Of a DNA stretch of 33,982 nucleotides, positions 26,447 through 33,982 are shown one piece after another. The stretch's first letter is position 1; each line of letters starts with the position of its first letter. The translations under genes and the position numbers were made by a program. The notes under the pieces are model-generated. The model worked only from the letters and a program-made list of their open reading frames with translations, was not told the DNA's origin and did not search any database. The DNA comes from a virus (lineage: Duplodnaviria; Heunggongvirae; Uroviricota; Caudoviricetes): positions 1 to 33,982 of IMG/VR virus record IMGVR_UViG_3300011115_000934; one strand, 5' to 3'.

Positions 26447-27355
26447 ATGGGAGGAAACGTATTCGATAGTACAGCACCAATAAAAAAAGAACATATTAAA
26501 CCGACTCTATTAGAGTTCTTTAAGCAGTTCAAAACTATATTTCCAAAAGCAGAACCATTCTTTAGAGAAATGAAAACTTTAGGATCTGTAGGAAAGAAAG
26601 ATTATTCAGGGGATATTGACCTAGCATTGGCTGGGTCGTCCTTTGATAATGTAGAGGATTGGGGACTAGACGAAAAACACGTTCAAGCATTATTTGAAGG
26701 ATTCAAGAAAAGAGCTAGAACATCTTCGGATGATCAGTTAATGAAAAGAGCTGTAATTGTTGCAATAGCACAAAAGATTGCAGAAGCCGATACAGAAATT
26801 ATTGCAGATGTAAAAGGATCTTCTGCAGGAGCTTTATTTCTTTTATTCCCTCAATACGATGAGAATAACGAAGTAGTAGGACAAAACGTTCAAATAGATG
26901 TAAATGTAGGAGACGTTGATTGGTTACAATTTGCATACCACTCAGCCACTTACTCAGGAAACGTAAAAGGGTTACATAGAACACAATTACTTGTATCTTT
27001 ATTCTCTCAGAAAGGATTTACATTCTCTCACAATTATGGAGTAAAGGATAAACAGTCACAAGAGATTGTAGCAAACACACCACAACAGGCAATAGATCTT
27101 TTAAACAAATCATATGATCTAAATTTAGATCGAGATACAATAGGAGATTACTTTAAACTAATGGAAACATTAGAAGCAGGTTTATCTCAACAAGATCTAA
27201 ATAATGTTTACGATACTTATCTAAAAATACTAGATAGTACTAGAGCAGATATACCAGAGGACTTACAACAGTACTGGATTGACAACCAAGAAAGATTAGG
27301 ATTAAAAGGTAAGTTTTTACCCGATAATTCAAATTTAACACAATACAAAGTATAA
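26447..27355 (+). CDS. Pol-beta superfamily nucleotidyltransferase
   Basis: LGSVGKKDYSGDIDLA (hGS...DxD), with a third acidic residue in VQIDV. Confidence 0.8.
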   Translation: MGGNVFDSTAPIKKEHIKPTLLEFFKQFKTIFPKAEPFFREMKTLGSVGKKDYSGDIDLALAGSSFDNVEDWGLDEKHVQALFEGFKKRARTSSDDQLMKRAVIVAIAQKIAEADTEIIADVKGSSAGALFLLFPQYDENNEVVGQNVQIDVNVGDVDWLQFAYHSATYSGNVKGLHRTQLLVSLFSQKGFTFSHNYGVKDKQSQEIVANTPQQAIDLLNKSYDLNLDRDTIGDYFKLMETLEAGLSQQDLNNVYDTYLKILDSTRADIPEDLQQYWIDNQERLGLKGKFLPDNSNLTQYKV

Positions 27356-27356
27356 T

Positions 27357-30077
27357 ATGTCAGGAGTAGCAGGAGGAAATAGAATAGAAAGAGGAGATGT
27401 ACAGAGTACGTTTAATAAATACGTAGAAGAAGTTCTAAGTAAAATACCAGGCTTCAAAAAAGCTTCTCTATCAGGATCTGTAAAAGCAGGTTCAAAAGCT
27501 GACTTTGGAGACTTAGATATTATAGTATGGTTTGAGGGAGATGATAAGAGGGAAGTAAAACAACGACTTATTGATGCAGCCCTAGCTCTTCCTCAAAACA
27601 TAATTGTACCTTTCAAATCAGAAAAGTATACAGGTAGAAGATATTACAACTCAGGTGAACTAATCTCAGTACTATACCCAATTGTAGGAAAAGAAGATCA
27701 GTATATACAAGTCGATAACATCATTTCACTTTCAGAAGAGGAACATGCCTTCAAAGGATCATTCTTAGATCTACCGGCAGAAAAGCAAGGAATATTAATA
27801 GGATTAGCAAAAGTAATTCTATTGGAGCAAGATCCACAAGATGTGTTTAGAAGAATGGGTATTTCAAATGTACCTAAACTTAAAAAAGGTGAAGAGTTTG
27901 AATTCAACCTATCATCAGTAAAATTATCTCTTAGAAAAGTTCAACTCGAAGGATTTAAAGAAATAGCAAGAGAAGAAATATGGTCAACAACAGCTTGGGG
28001 TACTATAAAAATACTATTTCAAGGATTTAATATTGACGGATCTTTTGAAGACCTATTAGACGATGTTGCTAGAAAACTTACAAATGCTAGATCTAAAAAT
28101 AGAATAGCAGGTATTTTTAAATCAATGGTATCTGTTAAATCAGGAGAAGTTGGAACAGCTAAAGGAAAAGGTAAAGAAGATGCACTAGAAAAAGTAGCAC
28201 AAACACTTGCAGAAGCATTGGATGATGGATCTGAAGTAGTAGCACTTTATGCTGGAGGATTTAAACCACCACATTTAGCTCACTTTCAAAATGCTAAATT
28301 CCTTTCTACTAAAGCAGATAAGATTGTAATCTTTATTGGACCTAAAATCAGAGAAGGAGTAAAGATTACAGCAGAACAATCAAAAGCAATTTGGGAGATT
28401 TATGCCAAATATTTAAACGTACCAGTAGAAGTTGTTATTAGTAGAGTAACTCCAATTTTGGATACCTATGAATGGATTGATGCAAATCAAGACAAAGTAA
28501 CAGACATTATAACTGGAGCAATGGCTGATGAAATGGGTAAATTCTCAGGTATAGCAAAAAGAAAAGAAAAAGGAGATTACAAAAACGTAGAAGTGAAAGA
28601 GCTTCCAGTAATTGTAGATAAAGAGGACAGCAAATTCTCAGCAACTGATATTAGAAAATCAGAGAAGTTTTTATTAGGAGGTTCGTGGATTCCAAAAGTA
28701 GTATCAAAAGAAGATAAACAAACAATCATAGACATCGTGACACCACAAAAAGAGGATTCAGTAGAAGACAAAATGCTAAGTGCAGTGGATAACGTATTTG
28801 AAAGTTTCTTTCCAAAGAAAACCAAAACAATAAAAGAAGGATCATCAGGAACAGCAATAACACCAGGAGGAGCGATTCCCTCAAAAGATAGAGCTTCTTT
28901 AGAGCATCTTTATGATGACTTAAAACAAACAATAGATCCAGACAAATACACAATAGTATTTAACCAGGATAGAATTGACATCTATATTAAAACATATTCA
29001 GATGTCAGTTTTGATGGAACACCATATCAAAAGCATTTACCAGAACAAGTAGAACAACAGAAGTTTAATTATACACCATACATAGGATCTCTTTTAGAAT
29101 ATATGCTGGATCAAGGAATGAACATCACTCCACTTCCAGAAGTAAAAATAAGATACGACGAACAAGAAGCAGATAACTTCTTTGGTAAAACAGCTTACTA
29201 TGATCCAAATAATAGAGAAGTAATTCTGTACGTAATGGGAAGACATCCAAAAGATGTTTGTAGATCATTCTCTCATGAAATGATTCACCATATGCAAAAC
29301 ATGGAAGGAAGACTTGGAGGATTGGCAGGAACTACCAATACAAATGAAGACGATCGTTTACAGGAAATAGAAAAAGAAGCTTACTTAAAAGGAAACATCA
29401 CATTTAGAAACTGGGAAGACGGTTTAAAAAATAATGATAATAAAGAGGTTATGGCAGAAGGAAAGTACGATAAACTAACAAACATAATCTCCTCAGATAT
29501 ATTCAGAGCTTGGAAAGAGGGAATAGATGCTGGAGAGGATGGAGTGCAGTTTAAAAAAAAGTATAAAGCATTAGGGGGAAAGTTTGATTTAATAGCAACT
29601 CTTGAACAGACTTGGGAAACAGGTAAGATGGAGGTAATGGAACCTACAGGAGCAGGTACAGATAAAAAAGGAGATTTTATTGTCATTGAAATTGATATAG
29701 ATGAAGATCTACTACCAGAAATGTGGGAAGAAATCTCTATGACTTTAAAAGATGTAGTAAGACATGAAATTGAACACCTAACACATAACATAGGAAGTTC
29801 TACATCTAATCCTAATAAAGGAATGGAGGATGATATAGCACAAAGAGACGCTATAAGAGCAGATAGAAGAACGATTCATAAATACTTTAAACTAGACAAA
29901 GAAGTAGATGCAAATCTACAGGGATTGTATTTTAGAGCTAAAAAAGAAAAGAAACCATTTGCAGATGTTGTAAACAGATATTTAGACTCTCAACAAATAA
30001 CTCCAAAACAGAGAGAGGAAGTAAAGGCAATATGGAGAGAAAGATTACCTGCATTAGGTATTAAACAAACATTATAA
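27357..30077 (+). CDS. Multidomain protein: Pol-beta NTase, HIGH/cytidylyltransferase-like domain, and two HExxH metallopeptidase-like domains
   Basis: SGSVK...GDLDII/IQVDN; YAGGFKPPHLAH...SATDIR; HEMIHH...E.EA; HEIEH...EVDA. Confidence 0.8.
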   Translation: MSGVAGGNRIERGDVQSTFNKYVEEVLSKIPGFKKASLSGSVKAGSKADFGDLDIIVWFEGDDKREVKQRLIDAALALPQNIIVPFKSEKYTGRRYYNSGELISVLYPIVGKEDQYIQVDNIISLSEEEHAFKGSFLDLPAEKQGILIGLAKVILLEQDPQDVFRRMGISNVPKLKKGEEFEFNLSSVKLSLRKVQLEGFKEIAREEIWSTTAWGTIKILFQGFNIDGSFEDLLDDVARKLTNARSKNRIAGIFKSMVSVKSGEVGTAKGKGKEDALEKVAQTLAEALDDGSEVVALYAGGFKPPHLAHFQNAKFLSTKADKIVIFIGPKIREGVKITAEQSKAIWEIYAKYLNVPVEVVISRVTPILDTYEWIDANQDKVTDIITGAMADEMGKFSGIAKRKEKGDYKNVEVKELPVIVDKEDSKFSATDIRKSEKFLLGGSWIPKVVSKEDKQTIIDIVTPQKEDSVEDKMLSAVDNVFESFFPKKTKTIKEGSSGTAITPGGAIPSKDRASLEHLYDDLKQTIDPDKYTIVFNQDRIDIYIKTYSDVSFDGTPYQKHLPEQVEQQKFNYTPYIGSLLEYMLDQGMNITPLPEVKIRYDEQEADNFFGKTAYYDPNNREVILYVMGRHPKDVCRSFSHEMIHHMQNMEGRLGGLAGTTNTNEDDRLQEIEKEAYLKGNITFRNWEDGLKNNDNKEVMAEGKYDKLTNIISSDIFRAWKEGIDAGEDGVQFKKKYKALGGKFDLIATLEQTWETGKMEVMEPTGAGTDKKGDFIVIEIDIDEDLLPEMWEEISMTLKDVVRHEIEHLTHNIGSSTSNPNKGMEDDIAQRDAIRADRRTIHKYFKLDKEVDANLQGLYFRAKKEKKPFADVVNRYLDSQQITPKQREEVKAIWRERLPALGIKQTL

Positions 30078-30090
30078 AAACAAAAAGGTT

Positions 30091-30681
30091 ATGGGAAATT
30101 TAACAGACTTACTATTAGAAGAATCAGACTTCATACCAAAGTATCGGATATACTGTGATATGGATGGAGTATTGACGGACTTTGAAAAAAGGTTTCTTAC
30201 ACTACTAAGAAAAGAGGGTCCAAAGTATTATTCAAAGGCAGTTATTGCACAAGTAACAAGACCTAAACATTTTCAGAAACTAGAAGGAGACGAAGAGTTT
30301 TATAAATTTATAGACCAGCACATTGGACTAGAATTTTGGTCAGACATGGAATGGATGCCAAATGGAAGAGCATTATGGGACTTTATACAACCATACGGAC
30401 CAAAGCTTTTAACATCACCATCAGAGGATGACACCTCAAGATTAGGAAAAAGATTGTGGGTAAGAAATAACCTAGAACCAGCACCAGAAGTAATTTTTAG
30501 ATTTGGAGATTCAAAGGCGGATTTCGCAAATGAAAATAGTATATTGATAGACGACAAACCTTCCAACCTAGAAGCATTTGCTTCTAAAGGAGGAATAGCA
30601 ATACAATGTAAAGATGGAAACATTTCATCAGTTATAAACGAATTAATACAACTTGGTTATGGCAAAGGAGAGCTTACTTAA
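30091..30681 (+). CDS. HAD-family phosphatase, 5'(3')-deoxyribonucleotidase-like
   Basis: CDMDGVLTDF, LTSP, K and LIDDK motifs I-IV. Confidence 0.88.
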   Translation: MGNLTDLLLEESDFIPKYRIYCDMDGVLTDFEKRFLTLLRKEGPKYYSKAVIAQVTRPKHFQKLEGDEEFYKFIDQHIGLEFWSDMEWMPNGRALWDFIQPYGPKLLTSPSEDDTSRLGKRLWVRNNLEPAPEVIFRFGDSKADFANENSILIDDKPSNLEAFASKGGIAIQCKDGNISSVINELIQLGYGKGELT

Positions 30682-31240
30682 AAAAGAATTTACATCCAAA
30701 GATGTTAACAGAGCTAGGAATCTGGTAAAGAAAGATTTTAATGCAAAAACAGTTGATGGTGTTGGATATGCAAAAGCACAAGTAGCATATAAGGAAGGAG
30801 ATATTTGGGAAGAGAGTGGAAGAACTTGGACTATTAAAAACGGTCTTAGACAAAACATTACAAAACTCGATGCAGCTAAAAAGGCTTTTCAGATACCACT
30901 AGCATGTCCAAAATGCCAAAGATCAATGAAACATCACTTAGCACAAAAAATGTATAAAATACATAAAATGTGTTTTGAATGTGTAGTAGATTATGAAGCA
31001 GAACTACGAAATGCAGGATTATACGATGCATACGAAAAGAATATGATGCAGGGAAGTATGAAGGCTTTTGCTAGAGATGTGGAGCAGTGGGTACTTGATA
31101 GCTTAGAATCAGTAGACACTTTTGTTACCGAACAAGGGGATGTGGAGGATTGGAATAACAACAATTCAAAATTTAAAGAACAAATCACAAAGAATCTCCA
31201 GGAATATTTGAAGCATCTAAAAAGCCATATAGATTCGTAA
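30659..31240 (+). CDS. Hypothetical protein with a CxxC...CxxC zinc finger
   Basis: CPKC...CFEC; ATG 30659 preferred over TTG 30653. Confidence 0.75.
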   Translation: MAKESLLKKEFTSKDVNRARNLVKKDFNAKTVDGVGYAKAQVAYKEGDIWEESGRTWTIKNGLRQNITKLDAAKKAFQIPLACPKCQRSMKHHLAQKMYKIHKMCFECVVDYEAELRNAGLYDAYEKNMMQGSMKAFARDVEQWVLDSLESVDTFVTEQGDVEDWNNNNSKFKEQITKNLQEYLKHLKSHIDS

Positions 31241-31250
31241 TAAGTTTTTC

Positions 31251-31281
31251 TTACTATTTATTTTTAAACAGTAAATAGTAA
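31251..31281 (+). promoter_or_regulatory. Late promoter TATTTAT within a 10-bp inverted repeat
   Basis: TTACTATTTA (31251-31260) and TAAATAGTAA (31272-31281); TATTTAT at 31255-31261. Confidence 0.55.
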
Positions 31282-31288
31282 TTCACTT

Positions 31289-31423
31289 ATGGCAAAAGCG
31301 GCACCTTCTACGACTAAGATAGAAAAACCTAAAGTAGCAAGACCTGGAGTTCATTCAAAATGTAAAACTTCAAAATTAAAATCTTCTAAGAATTATAAGA
31401 AGCTTTATAACGGACAGGGCTAA
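31289..31423 (+). CDS. Small basic peptide ending in YNGQG (44 aa), absent from the ORF track
   Basis: MAKAAPSTTKIEKPKVARPGVHSKCKTSKLKSSKNYKKLYNGQG; follows a promoter and ends 1 nt before the next ATG. Confidence 0.75.
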   Translation: MAKAAPSTTKIEKPKVARPGVHSKCKTSKLKSSKNYKKLYNGQG

Positions 31424-31424
31424 T

Positions 31425-31916
31425 ATGAAAACATCACAGTTTATAAATTTTGTCAATAACGAATTTGATATTGAGACTCTTGAATTAATGCAGGGAGTAA
31501 TCAGTAAACGATTAGGCGACTTACAAAATGCAGTAGATGCAGCAGATCCTAGAACAGTAGTACAAGGGTTTAAGAGATACGACCTTCAGGAAATGTTTAG
31601 ACAAATATTAAAAGAGGCAGCAACTAATACTAACGAAGTGATTGAACAGTTTGCACAAACTCGTGAAAAGGGAGCTGAAAAGATTGCAAATAGTGCTAAA
31701 GAAAAAGGTGGGTTAGCTTTACTAACATGGCACCACTTTAAAGTTAAATTGCCGTATTATAAGAAAGCAGCTGAAGGAAAGCTTGATTTTGAAAAAGCAA
31801 AAAAGGAATACGAAGAAACTTATAAAAAGATTTCTCTTAATACAACTCAAATTGAATTTCAAAGAGAAGTAGGAAGATTGGAAGTACTAGGTGAGCTATT
31901 AATTAAGAACAAATAG
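31425..31916 (+). CDS. Hypothetical protein, possible internal head protein
   Basis: Intact ORF with an internal RQILKE/A site. Confidence 0.7.
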   Translation: MKTSQFINFVNNEFDIETLELMQGVISKRLGDLQNAVDAADPRTVVQGFKRYDLQEMFRQILKEAATNTNEVIEQFAQTREKGAEKIANSAKEKGGLALLTWHHFKVKLPYYKKAAEGKLDFEKAKKEYEETYKKISLNTTQIEFQREVGRLEVLGELLIKNK

Positions 31917-31917
31917 T

Positions 31918-32688
31918 GTGATTAAATTAACTGATTTAATAAATGAAATGATGTTGCAAGAAGAGCTGGTTCAATCCGATGCTTGGAAAGCGATACAAAA
32001 AACTATTGACGTTCTTAAGAAAAAAAAGAAAGTACTATTACTAAGTTGTTCAAATAGATACAATTGGGATGACAATGCTATTGATGTTCCAAAATCAAAG
32101 ATGATAGCAATGTACCTTCACAGCCAATTAACAAACAATTCAGTACTAATAGACGTACCAGAACTTAACATCTTTCCTTGTGAAGGAAACGTATCAAGAA
32201 AAGACGGGAATAGTTGCGGAGTACTAAAAGCGGCACTTAAAGACAAAGATAAGAATCCATCAGGACATCACAGATGCTGGGCAAGCTATAATAATCCAAA
32301 AGATGAATTGTGGAAAATCTCAAAAGAATTATTCGAATCAGATGCAGTAATATTTTTCAGTTCAATAAGATGGGGTCAAACAAACATGTATTACCAAAAC
32401 TTAATTGAGAGATTGACTTGGATTGAAAACAGACATACAACTTTAGGAGAGTCAAATCTTATAAAAGATGTTCAATCTGGATTTATATGTGTGGGTCAAA
32501 ACTGGAATGGAGAAGTTGTTAGTGAAACACAAAAAGATGTTCATAAGTTTTATGGGTTTAAACCAAATAATGACTTATATTGGAATTGGCAATACACTAA
32601 AAATGTAAACGACGAGACACAAAAATCATATAAAGCATCGCATAAAAAGTTTATACAGGATACTAAGATACCAGATAACACAAAGTAG
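31918..32688 (+). CDS. Flavodoxin-fold NAD(P)H-dependent FMN reductase / iron-sulfur flavoprotein-like protein
   Basis: LLLSCSNR, LIDV.ELNIFPCEG...C...C, and DEL..I...L.ESDAVIFFSSIRWG. Confidence 0.75.
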   Translation: MIKLTDLINEMMLQEELVQSDAWKAIQKTIDVLKKKKKVLLLSCSNRYNWDDNAIDVPKSKMIAMYLHSQLTNNSVLIDVPELNIFPCEGNVSRKDGNSCGVLKAALKDKDKNPSGHHRCWASYNNPKDELWKISKELFESDAVIFFSSIRWGQTNMYYQNLIERLTWIENRHTTLGESNLIKDVQSGFICVGQNWNGEVVSETQKDVHKFYGFKPNNDLYWNWQYTKNVNDETQKSYKASHKKFIQDTKIPDNTK

Positions 32689-32691
32689 GGG

Positions 32692-33222
32692 ATGAAAAAG
32701 AGTGTACTAACAGAGTTGATTAGGGAAATTATAAAAGAAGAGTCTAAAGGACTGTGGGCTAATATAAATGCAAAACAAGAAAGAGGAGAAAAGCCTGCTA
32801 GAAAAGGAAGCAAAGCATACAAAGCAGCAGTTAGTGCAGCAAAAAGGATTACAGCAATGAAAGAGATGACTTCTTCTGAACTAGATTCAGTAGAAAGACA
32901 TGCTGATTCAGAATTAGATCCAATTGACATTCAGTTTGGAAACCACTTCTTTGATCGATTAAATGATCCTAGAAACGGTAAAGAAATAACATCAGATGAA
33001 CTAATATCTTTTTTTGACAGATTAGCTAAAAAGAAAGAAGCTTTTATAAGCTTTATTAAAAGGTATCAGGAATTTGTTGTTAAGGACAAAAACAGTAGTA
33101 TTAATATTCCTTTTGTTAGTCAAGTAAATCAAGCACTAGCAAAAACAATAATGAGAAAACCAGGTTTTATGACACCTAATCCAACAATAGCTTTGCAAGA
33201 AAAGCTCACTAAGAAAAAATAA
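32692..33222 (+). CDS. Putative internal head protein with a basic motif and a possible BECR/RelE-like RNase domain
   Basis: LIREIIKEE leader; GLWANINAK...; [14 protein letters not shown]...KTIMRK. Confidence 0.65.
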   Translation: MKKSVLTELIREIIKEESKGLWANINAKQERGEKPARKGSKAYKAAVSAAKRITAMKEMTSSELDSVERHADSELDPIDIQFGNHFFDRLNDPRNGKEITSDELISFFDRLAKKKEAFISFIKRYQEFVVKDKNSSINIPFVSQVNQALAKTIMRKPGFMTPNPTIALQEKLTKKK

Positions 33223-33239
33223 ATTTATATCTTTACAAG

Positions 33240-33982
33240 ATGGCAAACTATACAAAATTACAACTTTCAAAGAAACTACTACAAGTAGAATCAGCAATTA
33301 ACAGTTTGAGAAAAACTCAATGTTCAAAATCTGAGCAAGGAGTAATTAAAGAGCAGATCACACGATTAAAACAAGCTAAGAATACTCTTACAGGTTTGCT
33401 AAAAGAAGAGATGACACCAGCCGAAGCACAAGCTAAGAAGTCTGCCATAGCTCTTCAACAAGAAAAGATAAAAGACGCTACAAAGCAACTTCAGACAGCA
33501 AAATCTCCATTAGAGAAAAAAGCAGCACAAGACGCTTTAGTAGCTGCAAAAGAAGACCTAACACAAGCAACCGCAACCCAAGAAAGTATTTCGGAAGAAA
33601 CAAGAAAATACACTACACAAGAATCAGCAGCAGTTGGAAAAGCAGTTGCTAAATCTCTATTAAAAGTTCTTAGAGCAGAAGGAGATGAAGTTGTAGGTTT
33701 AAGACTTACAGGATTAGGTGTTGATAAATTTAACATAAATGTTCAATACGGAAACGACAGAGGATCGGATATTTTTAAATTCAACCTTAATCCAGAAGGA
33801 ACAGCTATTATATTAGACTTAGGAAACGAACCAATAGAGCTAGTAGACTTTATTATCACACAGGGTAATACCGTTTCTCTTCCAACTCCTGAGCTAGAAG
33901 ATAAGTTGAGTGATGCAATGAAAAAGTACGTTGGAGAACCGTCAAATGATGAATACGATCAAATGGCTGCAATGGAACCTGA
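33240..33982 (+). CDS. Partial hypothetical protein running off the window end
   Basis: Open frame from ATG 33240 ([10 protein letters not shown]...) to the end; coiled coil; LKEE and ISEE sites. Confidence 0.8.
   Translation, partial: MANYTKLQLSKKLLQVESAINSLRKTQCSKSEQGVIKEQITRLKQAKNTLTGLLKEEMTPAEAQAKKSAIALQQEKIKDATKQLQTAKSPLEKKAAQDALVAAKEDLTQATATQESISEETRKYTTQESAAVGKAVAKSLLKVLRAEGDEVVGLRLTGLGVDKFNINVQYGNDRGSDIFKFNLNPEGTAIILDLGNEPIELVDFIITQGNTVSLPTPELEDKLSDAMKKYVGEPSNDEYDQMAAMEP

Noticed and set aside
26447-30077. CBASS or another host defence operon
   Set aside because: No Cap effector, E1/E2/JAB or TM effector is seen, and the genes sit under phage promoters in a lytic phage context.
10928-32694. 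TAG recoding or readthrough (TAG-NNN-ATG in frame at 10928 and 32686)
   Set aside because: Genes are intact under the standard code with no internal TAG breaks, other TAG stops are soon followed by TAA, and two in-frame cases are expected by chance.
4423-33736. Minus-strand ORFs and nested out-of-frame plus-strand ORFs in the track
   Set aside because: All are shadows of longer plus-strand genes that have recognisable motifs or operon context; their composition is atypical and they have no promoters of their own.
1-33982. tRNA, rRNA, integrase or transposase genes
   Set aside because: No cloverleaf/T-loop signatures were seen in the few non-coding gaps, and no recombinase motifs were seen in the ORFs.

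Overview
This window is 34 kb of an AT-rich, gene-dense, large lytic myovirus-like phage genome. All credible protein genes are on the + strand, in the standard genetic code. The host is probably a Bacteroidota: starts are A-rich without Shine-Dalgarno sites, and promoters read TTG-N20-TAnnTT. Layout: (i) 1-4340, small early genes, a ~470 bp non-coding repeat/structured-RNA region, a T5orf172-type nuclease, an HD hydrolase and a gp55-like late sigma factor. (ii) 4364-21571, a baseplate and fibre module with gp5-, gp25-, gp6/J- and P2-I-like proteins and a YadA-head-like fibre with 40 14-aa repeats. (iii) 21583-33982, primase and exonuclease interleaved with enzymes that carry T4-like capsid-targeting leaders and/or (I/L)-x-E processing sites: a minimal kinase, tandem Pol-beta nucleotidyltransferases (one fused to a HIGH-family transferase and two HExxH peptidases), a HAD phosphatase, a flavodoxin-like protein and a possible RNase. 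The most notable signals are this putative injected-enzyme arsenal, the NTase/HIGH/HAD cluster, a promoter-driven antisense structured RNA pointing into an origin-like repeat cluster, an [ST]-[GAS]-S motif concentrated in virion proteins, and a TATTTAT late promoter. All family assignments come from motif reading by eye; no searches were run.
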